Positions 1-8,746 of a stretch of DNA of 36,247 nt are shown here, piece by piece. This DNA comes from an uncultured Bacilli bacterium (GTDB taxonomy: Bacteria > Bacillota_I > Bacilli_A > RF39 > UBA660). The DNA lies in assembly GCA_944358495.1 (NCBI GenBank), contig CALVRF010000002.1:1-36247 (forward strand), given 5' to 3'. The position numbers were made by a program, and so were the translations under genes. The notes under the pieces were generated by a model that did not search any database, had not been told where the DNA came from, and saw only the letters and a list, made by a program, of their open reading frames with translations. The number at the start of each line of letters is the position of its first letter. The stretch's first letter is position 1.

Positions 1-444
1 AAACCAGATAAAACTAAAACCGTTTTAGACTTATATTGCGGAACCGGAACCATTAGCTTAATTTTAAGTAAGCACTTTAAAAAAGTAATTGGTATAGAGC
101 TAAATAAAGAAGCCATAGACTGTGCCCAAGAAAATAAAAAAATAAATAAGATTAATAATGTCAATTTTATTTGTGGTGACGCTTCTAAAGAAATAAAAAA
201 AGTCCAAGATAAAATCGATTATATCATTGTTGACCCTCCAAGAAGTGGATTAACCAAAGAAGGAATAGGACACATTTTAAAACTAAACCCTAAAAAAGTT
301 GTATATATCTCTTGCGACCCGATAACTTTAGCTCGCGACCTAAATCTATTAAAAGAATATTACGACATCAAAGAAGTGACACCCGTCGATATGTTTCCCA
401 ATACTTATCATGTGGAAAATGTTGCTGTTTTAGTTCGTAAATAA
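1..444 (+). CDS. RNA (uracil-5-)-methyltransferase, TrmA/RumA (RlmCD-like) family, C-terminal part; the 5' end lies outside the window
   Basis: Frame 1 is open from base 1 to TAA at 442-444. The translation contains the SAM-binding motif LDLYCGTGTISL, DPPRSG, VYISCDP and the C-terminal VDMFPNTYHVENVAVL typical of m5U methyltransferases. Confidence 0.8.
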   Translation, partial: KPDKTKTVLDLYCGTGTISLILSKHFKKVIGIELNKEAIDCAQENKKINKINNVNFICGDASKEIKKVQDKIDYIIVDPPRSGLTKEGIGHILKLNPKKVVYISCDPITLARDLNLLKEYYDIKEVTPVDMFPNTYHVENVAVLVRK

Positions 445-462
445 AAGAAAGGAACTATAATA

Positions 463-678
463 ATGAGTAAATGGAAAATATTACAAATAATTCAGTTAGT
501 TATAGTCATAATTGTTAGTTTATTCCTTTTGTTTAGAAGCGTTGATGGTCACGGTGCTATTCAAACAGCCGAAGCTAAAACAATAAGTCTAATTGTTTGG
601 CTCGGATTTTATCTATTTATTTTAGTAATTGAAATTATTATATATTTTATAACTAAAAAGTCATTCATTAATAAGTAA
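463..678 (+). CDS. small hydrophobic membrane protein (71 aa), function unknown
   Basis: ORF preceded by a purine-rich RBS-like stretch (gaaagga). The translation is dominated by two long hydrophobic segments. No recognisable family. Confidence 0.4.
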   Translation: MSKWKILQIIQLVIVIIVSLFLLFRSVDGHGAIQTAEAKTISLIVWLGFYLFILVIEIIIYFITKKSFINK

Positions 679-764
679 ACTAATAGTCGAGTAAATTAAA
701 CTGATTGTTCATTTACTTTATTCATAAATAATAGTAATATTTTATTCGTAAGGAGGATAAAATT

Positions 765-1151
765 ATGAAAAATTTTGGAGAGACTATTGCTTATTTAAGA
801 AAGCAAAAAGGTATGACACAAAATGAACTAGCCGAAAAAATGCACGTTACCGATAAAGCCGTTTCCAAATGGGAAAGAAATTTATCATGCCCAGACGTTA
901 ATACCATATCTAAATTAGCTGACATCCTCGATGTCTCAGTTGAAGAACTTATCCAAAGTAAAAATAATTCACAAGAAAACATAGGTAGTCTAATTAACTT
1001 AATATTAAAAGCCGTTGCTTTAGCTATGGGCATTGCATTAATCATTTTAAATGTTTTAAACCAAGTCGACGTTAAATCATCAATAATTATGTTATCGATT
1101 GGTCTTGTATGCGTTGCTTTTTATCTATTTAGAAATGAAAACCAAAAATAA
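765..1151 (+). CDS. XRE-family helix-turn-helix transcriptional regulator with C-terminal transmembrane segments
   Basis: AGGAGG RBS at 751-756. N-terminal LRKQKGMTQNELAEKMHVTDKAVSKWERN is a Cro/C1-type HTH. The C-terminal ~50 aa form two hydrophobic helices. Confidence 0.75.
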   Translation: MKNFGETIAYLRKQKGMTQNELAEKMHVTDKAVSKWERNLSCPDVNTISKLADILDVSVEELIQSKNNSQENIGSLINLILKAVALAMGIALIILNVLNQVDVKSSIIMLSIGLVCVAFYLFRNENQK

Positions 1152-1213
1152 CTGGAGCAAAAAATCTCAAACACATCAAAAAAACAAATTGAAAGTCAAA
1201 AGGTTATCAATTT

Positions 1214-1246
1214 AGGAAATTCACTATAACGAATTTCCTTTTTTCG
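1214..1246 (+). terminator. rho-independent terminator downstream of the XRE regulator
   Basis: AGGAAATTC (1214-1222) pairs with GAATTTCCT (1231-1239), followed by a TTTTTT run. Confidence 0.7.
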
Positions 1247-1282
1247 TGTAAGCAAAACACCCTAATTTCCCATTTTTGCCTT

Positions 1283-1311
1283 TTGACTTTTAAAATATCC
1301 TTTTGTAATAT
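1283..1311 (+). promoter_or_regulatory. sigma-A-type promoter candidate for the Bro-N gene
   Basis: TTGACT at 1283-1288, 17-nt spacer, TAATAT at 1306-1311. Located 35 nt upstream of the ATG at 1346. Confidence 0.45.
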
Positions 1312-1345
1312 GAAGGCAGAAAAAAATAGAAGAGGAGACGATAAT

Positions 1346-2206
1346 ATGCCAGAAAACAAATTAAAAACAATTACTAATCTTTTTGAAGGAAAAGAAATTA
1401 GAAGTATTTGGGATGCTGAAAGGGAAGAATATTATTTTAGTGTTGTCGATGTGATTAGTGTTTTAACTGGAAGTAAAGATCCAAGCGATTATTGGACAAC
1501 TTTAAAAAGAAGACTAAGAAATAATGAGGGTAGTGAACTTCCGACAAATTGTCGGAAGTTGAAAATGAAAACACCAAATGGTAGAAATTATCCTACTGAC
1601 ACTTTAGATACCAAAGGTATTTTTAGATTAATCGAATCAGTTCCAAGCCCCAAAGCCGAACCATTTAAACTTTGGCTAGCTAATTTAGGAAAAGAGCGAA
1701 TTGATGAAGTTTTTGATCCCGAAATCGCTATTAAAAGAGCTGTTAATTATTATCGTAATCGTGGATATAGTGATCAATGGATTGAAACTAGATTAAAAAG
1801 TATATTAGATAGAAATAAATTAACTGATATATGGAAAGAAAATGGCATTAAAGAAAACTATGAATATGCCATTTTAACTAATGAAATATATAAAAGTTGG
1901 TCAGGCATGACGGCTTCTGAATATAAAAAATATAAAAATATTAGAAAAGAATCTTTAAGAGATAATATGACCGATGTCGAAGTCGCTCTTAATGATTTAG
2001 GAGAAATTGCCACTAGAGAACTAGCTAAAAAACATAAACCCTACGGACTAGATGAAAATAAACAAGTAGCCAAAGCTGGTGGCGAGGTTGCTAAAGTAGC
2101 TAGAAATGATTTAGAACAAAAACTAGGAGCAACCGTAATTAGTTCCCAAAACACTTTACCTTATCAATATATTAGTGATAAAATAAAAATAGATGATAAA
2201 AAATAG
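1346..2206 (+). CDS. Bro-N domain protein (DinD / antirepressor-like)
   Basis: Start moved to ATG 1346, which follows the GAGGAG RBS (agaggagacgataatATG). The N-terminus FEGKEIRSIWDAEREEYYFSVVDVISVL fits the Bro-N DNA-binding domain pattern, followed by a conserved helical C-terminal region. The upstream part of the tracked ORF (1283-1345) overlaps the promoter. Confidence 0.6.
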   Translation: MPENKLKTITNLFEGKEIRSIWDAEREEYYFSVVDVISVLTGSKDPSDYWTTLKRRLRNNEGSELPTNCRKLKMKTPNGRNYPTDTLDTKGIFRLIESVPSPKAEPFKLWLANLGKERIDEVFDPEIAIKRAVNYYRNRGYSDQWIETRLKSILDRNKLTDIWKENGIKENYEYAILTNEIYKSWSGMTASEYKKYKNIRKESLRDNMTDVEVALNDLGEIATRELAKKHKPYGLDENKQVAKAGGEVAKVARNDLEQKLGATVISSQNTLPYQYISDKIKIDDKK

Positions 2207-2217
2207 TAGGTGGTTAC

Positions 2218-2886
2218 ATGAATATTGAAAAAGAAGTTTTTCAAAGACGAAAAATTAACTTTTCTAAACTAATAAACTATGGTTTCATCAAAGAAAAAGA
2301 CACTTACATTTATTCTAAAAAAATTATGAATGATGACTTTATCCTTTATATCACCATAACTTCTAAAGGTGATATAAAGGGTAAAATTTATGACCTAGAA
2401 TCCAATGAAGAATACATTAATTACCGTATTGAAGACCAAAACGGTTCATTTGTTAATCAGGTTCGCACAGAGTATACGGCTATTCTTAAGGATATTGCTG
2501 AGCAATGTTTTGACAAAAACGACTTTATTTTACCGCAGACAAATAGAATCGCCAAAGCTATAAAAGAAATTTATCAGGATAGTCCCCATTTTATGTGGGA
2601 AAAATATCCCGGATATGGTGTCTTTAAAAATCCTCAAAATCAAAAGTGGTATGCTGCTATTATGAATATTGATAAAAGTAAATTAAATGAAAACATGCAA
2701 GGTGAAACCGAAATCATTGATATCAAATTAGACCCTAAAACAATAACAACACTTTTAAATAATAAAGGCTATTATCCAGCCTATCATATGAATAAGCAAC
2801 ATTGGCTAACTATTATTTTAGATGATACTATTTCTGATACACAAATAATAGAATTAATAAGAAAAAGTCATGAATATACCGAATAA
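2218..2886 (+). CDS. MmcQ/YjbR-family protein with an extra N-terminal domain
   Basis: RBS taggtgg upstream. The C-terminal half (WEKYPGYGVFKN...WYAAIMNI...YYPAYHMNKQHWLTIILDD) matches the YjbR/MmcQ family signature. Starts 11 nt after the Bro-N stop, so it is probably co-transcribed. Confidence 0.6.
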   Translation: MNIEKEVFQRRKINFSKLINYGFIKEKDTYIYSKKIMNDDFILYITITSKGDIKGKIYDLESNEEYINYRIEDQNGSFVNQVRTEYTAILKDIAEQCFDKNDFILPQTNRIAKAIKEIYQDSPHFMWEKYPGYGVFKNPQNQKWYAAIMNIDKSKLNENMQGETEIIDIKLDPKTITTLLNNKGYYPAYHMNKQHWLTIILDDTISDTQIIELIRKSHEYTE

Positions 2887-2949
2887 AAATGAAAACTTTT
2901 AATGAAAAAGACTTGAAACAAAAATTTTCACTAATTTTATTAAACAATA

Positions 2950-2978
2950 AAAGGCTAACCACCAAGTTAGTCTTTTTA
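2950..2978 (+). terminator. terminator hairpin between convergent genes (usable on both strands)
   Basis: AAGGCTAAC (2951-2959) pairs with GTTAGTCTT (2966-2974) with one G-U pair. Flanked by an A-run on the 5' side and a T-run on the 3' side. Confidence 0.6.
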
Positions 2979-3021
2979 CTTTACAATTTCGCTAAAAATG
3001 TCAGTCTTTGAAGAATATTAC
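2979..3021. repeat. copy A of a ~43-nt terminator-adjacent intergenic element
   Basis: ctttacaatttcgctaaaaatgtcagtctttgaagaatattac is 35/43 identical, ungapped by hand count, to 9101-9143. It starts directly after the T-run of the hairpin at 2950-2978. Confidence 0.55.
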
Positions 3022-3887
3022 TTTACTAGTCTATATACATCGATAGAAGGTGTATTAAATAATCTAAAATTAACATCACTTACGCCAATTCCATTAGAAA
3101 CATATAAATCACTATTTTCTAGTTTATAATGGCCATTAGAATATTTAACCGCCCCCTCAGGGATTAAAAAGTCTTTAACCAAAGGAATATTAATTTGACC
3201 ATTATGGGAATGCCCCGCTAAGATTAAATCATATTTGTTATCTTCTAAATCATCGATATAATCTGGTTCATGCATTAATAATATGTTGTAAATAGGTCCA
3301 TCTTTTTCAAAAGAATTGATAAAGTTTTGTGTCTTTTGGTTTTTATTAACAATCGATTCTTTATCTTCAAACGAACTAACTCCGGCAATTAAAATAAAGT
3401 CATAACCATTTTTATAAATTGTGTCATAATTATTATTTAAATCGATAAAGCCCCCATTATTTATAATATTAGACCACTCATCAAATTTAACATCATCTTC
3501 ACCAGTAATCGCATATTTCCCGCTTGTCGCTTCAATTTTATTTAACTCACTAGCCATCTCACTAGCCATACTCGTCGTCATCTTCGTACTTTTATCGATT
3601 AAATCACCTGTTAATACGACAATGTCGGCATTTAATTCATTAATTCTATTGATTAACTTTTTTAAATCCTTTAGGCCAAATAAATTGCCATAATGAATAT
3701 CACTAATCCTGACAATTTTAAAGCCATCAAAATTATCAGTAATTTTGCTGCTTTCTATTTTTTGCTCATTAACTTTAAATTGTTTTGGCTCGATATAAGC
3801 CCCATAAGCAAAAATAAATAAACCAATTAAAATTAAAGCCAATATAAATTTAAAAAGCCCAAACTTTTTTTTCTTTTCTTTACTCAT
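3018..3887 (-). CDS. membrane-anchored metallophosphoesterase (calcineurin-like, YkuE-type)
   Basis: Start set at ATG 3887, preceded by AGGTGA; the tracked ORF begins at an upstream GTG. N-terminal TM helix, then the phosphoesterase motifs DIHYG, GDLID, GHSHNGQ. Confidence 0.8.
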   Translation of the reverse strand: MSKEKKKKFGLFKFILALILIGLFIFAYGAYIEPKQFKVNEQKIESSKITDNFDGFKIVRISDIHYGNLFGLKDLKKLINRINELNADIVVLTGDLIDKSTKMTTSMASEMASELNKIEATSGKYAITGEDDVKFDEWSNIINNGGFIDLNNNYDTIYKNGYDFILIAGVSSFEDKESIVNKNQKTQNFINSFEKDGPIYNILLMHEPDYIDDLEDNKYDLILAGHSHNGQINIPLVKDFLIPEGAVKYSNGHYKLENSDLYVSNGIGVSDVNFRLFNTPSIDVYRLVK

Positions 3888-3940
3888 AGAGTTCACCTAG
3901 TATCATTTTACCATAAATAAAAAAAAGACTAAAGTCCTTT

Positions 3941-4645
3941 TTATCCAAATAATAATACAAATAACTGCATTGACATAAGTATACCATTATGCATAAAATG
4001 AAAGCCCATCGATACAAAAATATTATTAGTTTTCATCATAATATAGGCAAAAGCCACTCCGCAACTACAATAAGCCACTAAATATAAAGGCATTAATGGA
4101 TCACCAAGCATTCCCGTTAAATGAAGTCCTCCGAATACTAAACTCGACATAACCACAAAGAAAAGTTTATTTTTAAAAATATTTCTAAATCCTAAACGAA
4201 AGACACTTTCTTCTAAAACCGGGGCTAAAAAGACCGCACTTATATAAGTATAAATAGGAGCTATTCCAAATTGACTTCTAATAGCTGTTTCATTATCCGA
4301 AGTTCCGCCACCTAATACCATAATTAATGAATTGGAAAGCATCATAATAATTACGCCTAATAAATAATACTTTAAATTACCCTTAAAATAACTTAAGTGA
4401 TTTTTTTTAATATCGGCAAATGCCTTTTTATATTCATCCTTAAAAATTAAGATGATTGCTGCAATTAATATTAATTCAACTGAAACGGAATAAATAATTC
4501 TAATTATTAAACTTAAATCATAATAATTAATTCCTAACAAATCTAAGGGGAGTCTTGAACACAAACTAACAATAAAATAAAGAAGAATAACCACAATACC
4601 TTTAATAATATTAGTTAATCTATTTTTATCATCAAAAGAAACCAT
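3941..4645 (-). CDS. CPBP-family intramembrane glutamic endopeptidase (CAAX protease-like)
   Basis: AGGAGA RBS. Polytopic membrane protein with the family motifs EESVFRLGFR, FGGLH and HFMHN. Confidence 0.8.
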   Translation of the reverse strand: MVSFDDKNRLTNIIKGIVVILLYFIVSLCSRLPLDLLGINYYDLSLIIRIIYSVSVELILIAAIILIFKDEYKKAFADIKKNHLSYFKGNLKYYLLGVIIMMLSNSLIMVLGGGTSDNETAIRSQFGIAPIYTYISAVFLAPVLEESVFRLGFRNIFKNKLFFVVMSSLVFGGLHLTGMLGDPLMPLYLVAYCSCGVAFAYIMMKTNNIFVSMGFHFMHNGILMSMQLFVLLFG

Positions 4646-4816
4646 TTAATCATCTCCTATAAACAATAATCTAATCCTTTAATAATTATAACACGACTAA
4701 TCTATTTTTTGAAATAAATTAAAATAATTTTAGAATTAATTACCTATTTTAAAAATAGTCATCAATAAGAAAAACGTTTTATTTGGTATAAACACTAGTC
4801 AAACTACATATAATTG

Positions 4817-4825
4817 TGATATAAT
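4817..4825 (+). promoter_or_regulatory. extended -10 promoter element (TGaTATAAT) upstream of the rimP-nusA operon
   Basis: TG at 4817-4818 and TATAAT at 4820-4825. The -35 region is weak (TAGTCA/AGTCAA). Confidence 0.45.
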
Positions 4826-4846
4826 GTAGTTGACTTCAGGAAAAGC

Positions 4847-4870
4847 AAAGAGTGGGAAATCCCACTCTTT
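4847..4870 (+). promoter_or_regulatory. leader hairpin in the rimP-nusA 5' UTR; possible attenuator/terminator with a poor U-tract
   Basis: Perfect 10-bp stem AAAGAGTGGG / CCCACTCTTT with loop AAAT, ending 9 nt before the AGGAGGG RBS (4879-4885). The 3' flank is TTTAATGTAGT rather than a clean U-run. Confidence 0.4.
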
Positions 4871-4889
4871 AATGTAGTAGGAGGGAAAC

Positions 4890-5141
4890 ATGATTGAAAA
4901 ACAGGTGAGAGACTTATTAGAAAGCAAAATCAAAGAAGCTGGTTACATTTTAGATGAAGTAACTTATGGCAAAGAGGGTAGTGTTAATACTTTGACTCTA
5001 ATCATTGATAAAGAAGGGTATATTAATATTAATGACTGCGTCAAAGTTAACGAAATTGTTAATCCCCTTTTAGATGAAGCTGATTTAATAAGTGAAAGCT
5101 ACGTTTTAGACGTATGTTCAAAAGAGAAAGGAAGTGAATAA
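4890..5141 (+). CDS. rimP: ribosome maturation factor RimP, N-terminal domain only (83 aa)
   Basis: Position immediately upstream of nusA. The sequence resembles the RimP N-domain (...LLDEADLISESYVLDV...). The ORF stops where full-length RimP continues with SSPG..RPL and the C-terminal domain. Confidence 0.65.
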   Translation: MIEKQVRDLLESKIKEAGYILDEVTYGKEGSVNTLTLIIDKEGYININDCVKVNEIVNPLLDEADLISESYVLDVCSKEKGSE

Positions 5142-5142
5142 A

Positions 5143-6294
5143 ATGGAAGGCAAGAAATTTAAAGCTGCTGTCGATGCATTATCTGAAGAAAAAGGTATCG
5201 ATAAAGATATTATTTATGATGCAATGGAACTTGCTTTAACCAGTGCTTATAAGAAAAACTATCATTCATTATCTAATGTCCGTGTTGACATTAACAGAGA
5301 AACTGGCGACATTAAAATTTTCTCATATAAAACTGTTGTCTTAAATGAAGAATGGGAAAAAGAAGAAGGCAAATACGAAACTGAAATTATTACTGATGAA
5401 GAAGGTAATGAACAAGAAGTCGAAAAAGATTACTATTTTGATGATCGTATTCATATTACTTTAGAGGAAGCTAGAAAAATAGTTCCTGACATTCAAATTG
5501 GTGAAACCATCGAAGAAGAAGTAACACCAAAAGATTTTGGTAGAGTTGCTGCAGCTACTGCCAAACAAGTAGTTATTCAAAAAATCAGAGAGGCCGAAAG
5601 GGAAGTTATCAACCATGAATTTGCCGACAAACAAGATGAAATGGTCGTTGGAACTGTAGCCATGGAAGACGTTCGTAATTATTATATTGACCTAGGTAGA
5701 ACGCAAGGAATTTTACCAAAGAAAGAAATCATCCCTGGTGAACAAATTAAAATGGGATCTAGCATTAAAGTTTACATCAGCAAAGTAGAAAATAATAGTA
5801 AAGGCCCACTAATTTTACTATCAAGAAGTCACTATGGATTTGTTAAACGTTTATTTGAATTAGAAATTCCTGAAATTAGCGAAGGAATTATTCTCGTTTA
5901 TAGTGTAGCTAGAGATGCTGGTAATCGTACTAAAATTGCCGTTTATTCTGAAAATCCTAATGTTGATCCAGTCGGTGCTTGTATTGGTGAAAAGGGAAGC
6001 CGTATCAATCGTATTATTTCTGAATTAAATGGTGAAAAAATTGATGTTGTTCCATATGACAATGATCCCGCTAGATTTATCGAAAATGCTTTAAGTCCGG
6101 CTAAAAATTTACACATTTTCATTACCGACGAAAAGAAAAAAGAAGCTTTAGTTGTTGTTGATAACGCTAATCTTTCACTCGCAATCGGTAAAAAAGGTTC
6201 TAATGTTCGTTTAGCATCACGCCTTACGCATTACCACTTAGATGTCAAAACAACCACCCAAGCTGAAGAGTTAGGAATTAGTATTGCCGAATAA
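5143..6294 (+). CDS. nusA: transcription termination/antitermination factor NusA
   Basis: Start set at ATG 5143 after AAAGGAAG; the tracked ORF starts at GTG 5134. Shows the NusA N-terminal domain, S1 and two KH domains (VTPKDFGRVAAATAKQVV, DPVGACIGEKGSRI, LSLAIGKKGSNVRLASRL). Confidence 0.95.
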   Translation: MEGKKFKAAVDALSEEKGIDKDIIYDAMELALTSAYKKNYHSLSNVRVDINRETGDIKIFSYKTVVLNEEWEKEEGKYETEIITDEEGNEQEVEKDYYFDDRIHITLEEARKIVPDIQIGETIEEEVTPKDFGRVAAATAKQVVIQKIREAEREVINHEFADKQDEMVVGTVAMEDVRNYYIDLGRTQGILPKKEIIPGEQIKMGSSIKVYISKVENNSKGPLILLSRSHYGFVKRLFELEIPEISEGIILVYSVARDAGNRTKIAVYSENPNVDPVGACIGEKGSRINRIISELNGEKIDVVPYDNDPARFIENALSPAKNLHIFITDEKKKEALVVVDNANLSLAIGKKGSNVRLASRLTHYHLDVKTTTQAEELGISIAE

Positions 6295-6295
6295 T

Positions 6296-6553
6296 ATGAA
6301 AACCAAAAAAATTCCTATGCGTATGTGTGTGGTTACCAGAGAAAAATATCCTAAAAAAGAATTAATTAGAGTTGTCAGAACCGAAAATGGAGTAATCGTT
6401 GATCCTACCGGTAAACAAAATGGCCATGGAGCTTATTTAAAAAAAGATTTAGTCGTCTTTGAAAAAGCCCAAAAAACGAAAATCTTAAATAAAGTATTAG
6501 AAACTGAAGTACCAGAAACTGTATTTGAACAGTTAAAAGAAACATTAAATTAA
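6296..6553 (+). CDS. ylxR: YlxR/RnpM-family RNA-binding protein (DUF448)
   Basis: MKTKKIPMRMCVVTREKYPKKELIRVV...PTGKQNGHGAYL matches the YlxR family. ATG 6296 aligns with family N-termini. TTG 6284, with AGGAA 6 nt upstream, is an alternative start. Confidence 0.85.
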   Translation: MKTKKIPMRMCVVTREKYPKKELIRVVRTENGVIVDPTGKQNGHGAYLKKDLVVFEKAQKTKILNKVLETEVPETVFEQLKETLN

Positions 6554-6573
6554 TAGAAAAGAGGTGCATAATT

Positions 6574-8637
6574 ATGATGAGTGTCTTAGAATACGCTGAA
6601 GATGTTAATAGAACTGTCGAAACCATCTTAGATAAATGTAAAGAATTAAATATCGATGTCCATAGTGAAGATGATTTACTAGACGAAGATGCCATTGTTT
6701 TACTTGATAATAACTTAGAAACCGATGAAGAAATCGAAGAAGCTTATGAAGAAAAAGTTATTAAACCTAAAACAAGTGTTAAAAAGAATAAAAAAATACC
6801 AAATCAGCACCAAGAGACTAAAGAAACTTTAGCCCAAAAGAAAAAAGAAATGTATAAAAATAAAGGAAAGCTTCAAAGTAATAAATTAGCTGACAATGTT
6901 ATTTTATACAAAGAAAATATGACCATTGGTAGTTTGGCAGATGCATTAAATGTTCCTAGTTCTGAATTGATTAAAAAACTTTTCTCTTTAGGCCTTATGG
7001 TCAATATCAATAGTCCAATTTCTTTTGAAAATGCCGAAATTTTAATTGTTGATTATGGCAAAGAGTTGAAAAGGGAAGAAAAAGCCGATTTATCTAATTT
7101 TGAAGAATTTGAAATAAATGATAAAGAAGAAGATTTAGTACCAAGGCCTCCAGTAGTGACTATTATGGGGCATGTTGATCATGGAAAAACGACGTTGCTG
7201 GATGCGATTAGAAGAACCGATGTTGTTTCAACTGAAGCCGGAGGTATTACGCAAGCCATCTCCGCTTATCAAGTGAAATGTAAGGATAAACTAATAACCT
7301 TTATCGATACTCCAGGTCATGCTGCTTTTACCGAGATGCGTGCTAGAGGTGCTAGTATTACCGATATTGTTATTATTATTGTGGCTGCTGATGATGGTGT
7401 TATGCCACAAACCAAAGAGGCCATTGACCACGCTAAAGCTGCTAAAGTTCCTATTTTAGTAGCTATCAATAAAATGGATAAACCTGAAGCTAATCCTGAT
7501 AAAGTCATGCAAGAACTAGCTGATTATGGCTTAATGCCTGAAGAATGGGGGGGCGACACTATTTTCACTAAAATTTCAGCTGCTACTGGTGAAGGCATTA
7601 ATGAGTTATTAGAAAATATTTTATTAGTTGCCGAGATGAGCGAATTAAAAGCCAATCCTAATAGATATGCTATCGGAACTGTAGTAGAATCAAGACTAAG
7701 TAAACAAGTCGGTTCTATTGTTACCGTTTTAGTCCAAAATGGTACTTTAAGATTAGGTGATCCAATCGTCGTTGGAACTTCATTTGGTAAAATTCGTACT
7801 TTAAAAAATGATAAAGGAGAAGAAATTACAGAAGCTTATCCATCACAACCGGTTGAAATTACCGGAATTAGTGAAGTGCCAAGCGCAGGAGATAAATTTA
7901 TGGCTTTTGAATCTGAAAAACAAGCGAGAAATATTGCCGAAGAAAGAAAAAATAAAGCTAGAATCCAAGAAACCCATAAAAAAGCTGCTGTGTCTTTAGA
8001 TGAATTATTCTCTAAAATTGGTGAAGGTTTAAAAGAAATCAATGTCGTTTTAAAAGCTGACGTTAATGGTAGCGCTGAAGCCGTTAAAAATTCATTAACT
8101 AAAATTAACGTAGAAGGTGTTAGGGTAAATGTTATCCGTAGTGGTGTAGGCGGAATTACCGAAAGTGATATTGTTTTAGCTAGCGCTTCTAATGCTATCA
8201 TTATTGGTTTTAATGTTAGACCATCTAATGCCATTAAAGATAAAGCTAAAGAACATGGCATTGAAATTAGATTATATGATATTATTTATAAAGTTGTTGA
8301 AGAAATGGAATCAGCGATGAAAGGTATGCTTGATCCAGAATATGAAGAAAATATTTTAGGTAATGCCGAAATAAGGCAAATCTTTAAATTCTCCAAAATT
8401 GGTAATATTGCCGGCTCCTTTGTCACTGATGGTATTATCAAACGTAATAGTAAAGCTAGAATCATCAGAGATGATGTGGTTATTTACGACGGTGAAATCA
8501 GCTCACTTCAAAGAGGAAAAGATAGTGTCAAAGAAGTTAAAAAAGGTTTGGAATGTGGAATTACTATTGAAAACTTCAATGATATTAAAGTTGGCGATAT
8601 TATTGAATCATATGAAATGGTTGAAGTGGAAAGATAA
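6574..8637 (+). CDS. infB: translation initiation factor IF-2
   Basis: AGAGGTG RBS. GTPase motifs [21 protein letters not shown], and conserved C-terminal domains. Confidence 0.97.
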   Translation: MMSVLEYAEDVNRTVETILDKCKELNIDVHSEDDLLDEDAIVLLDNNLETDEEIEEAYEEKVIKPKTSVKKNKKIPNQHQETKETLAQKKKEMYKNKGKLQSNKLADNVILYKENMTIGSLADALNVPSSELIKKLFSLGLMVNINSPISFENAEILIVDYGKELKREEKADLSNFEEFEINDKEEDLVPRPPVVTIMGHVDHGKTTLLDAIRRTDVVSTEAGGITQAISAYQVKCKDKLITFIDTPGHAAFTEMRARGASITDIVIIIVAADDGVMPQTKEAIDHAKAAKVPILVAINKMDKPEANPDKVMQELADYGLMPEEWGGDTIFTKISAATGEGINELLENILLVAEMSELKANPNRYAIGTVVESRLSKQVGSIVTVLVQNGTLRLGDPIVVGTSFGKIRTLKNDKGEEITEAYPSQPVEITGISEVPSAGDKFMAFESEKQARNIAEERKNKARIQETHKKAAVSLDELFSKIGEGLKEINVVLKADVNGSAEAVKNSLTKINVEGVRVNVIRSGVGGITESDIVLASASNAIIIGFNVRPSNAIKDKAKEHGIEIRLYDIIYKVVEEMESAMKGMLDPEYEENILGNAEIRQIFKFSKIGNIAGSFVTDGIIKRNSKARIIRDDVVIYDGEISSLQRGKDSVKEVKKGLECGITIENFNDIKVGDIIESYEMVEVER

Positions 8638-8656
8638 AATTCCACTTCTTTATTTT
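8623..8656 (+). terminator. rho-independent terminator overlapping the infB stop
   Basis: GAAGTGGAA (8623-8631) pairs with TTCCACTTC (8640-8648), followed by TTTATTTT. Confidence 0.6.
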
Positions 8657-8746
8657 GAACAAACAAGTTATTTTATTAGAAAATAATAAATAATAGATTT
8701 TTAGCTTCATATCTGCTATAATAAAAGCATAGAAAAGAGGGATATA

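Noticed and set aside
791-1045. 84-aa minus-strand ORF
   Set aside because: It is entirely antisense to the well-supported XRE regulator gene, has no RBS, and its translation is low-complexity.
1152-1345. LexA/DinR box (CGAAC-N4-GTTCG) upstream of the DinD-like Bro-N gene
   Set aside because: No match was found by eye. The only notable symmetry is the 12-bp inverted repeat reported separately.
1283-1345. Long 5' extensions of tracked ORFs (1283, 10512, 11853, 30941, 16898, 19264, 24581, 33249, 3896, 5134, 17155)
   Set aside because: The extensions run through promoters, terminators or a T-box, or start at non-ATG codons without an RBS. Internal ATGs with good Shine-Dalgarno spacing and family-consistent N-termini were preferred.
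2889-3011. 40-aa ORF (MKTFNEKDLKQKF...NVSL) covering the terminator hairpin and repeat copy A. The same frame through copy B also ends ...NVSL-TGA.
   Set aside because: In copy B that frame is only the 14 codons after the rbfA stop and has no start. The ORF in A has no RBS and contains a terminator. Equally suggestive peptide similarity appears in a minus-strand frame that is closed by stops in both copies. I therefore treat the conservation as nucleotide-level.
6405-6695. 96-aa minus-strand ORF spanning the ylxR-infB junction
   Set aside because: It is antisense to two conserved genes. Its Ser/Leu-rich translation is typical of the reverse frame of AT-rich coding DNA.
7317-8261. Minus-strand ORFs 7317-7508 and 7836-8261 and plus-strand ORFs 7808-7999 and 8399-8686
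   Set aside because: All are nested in alternative frames of infB, which is unambiguous. None shows independent start signals.
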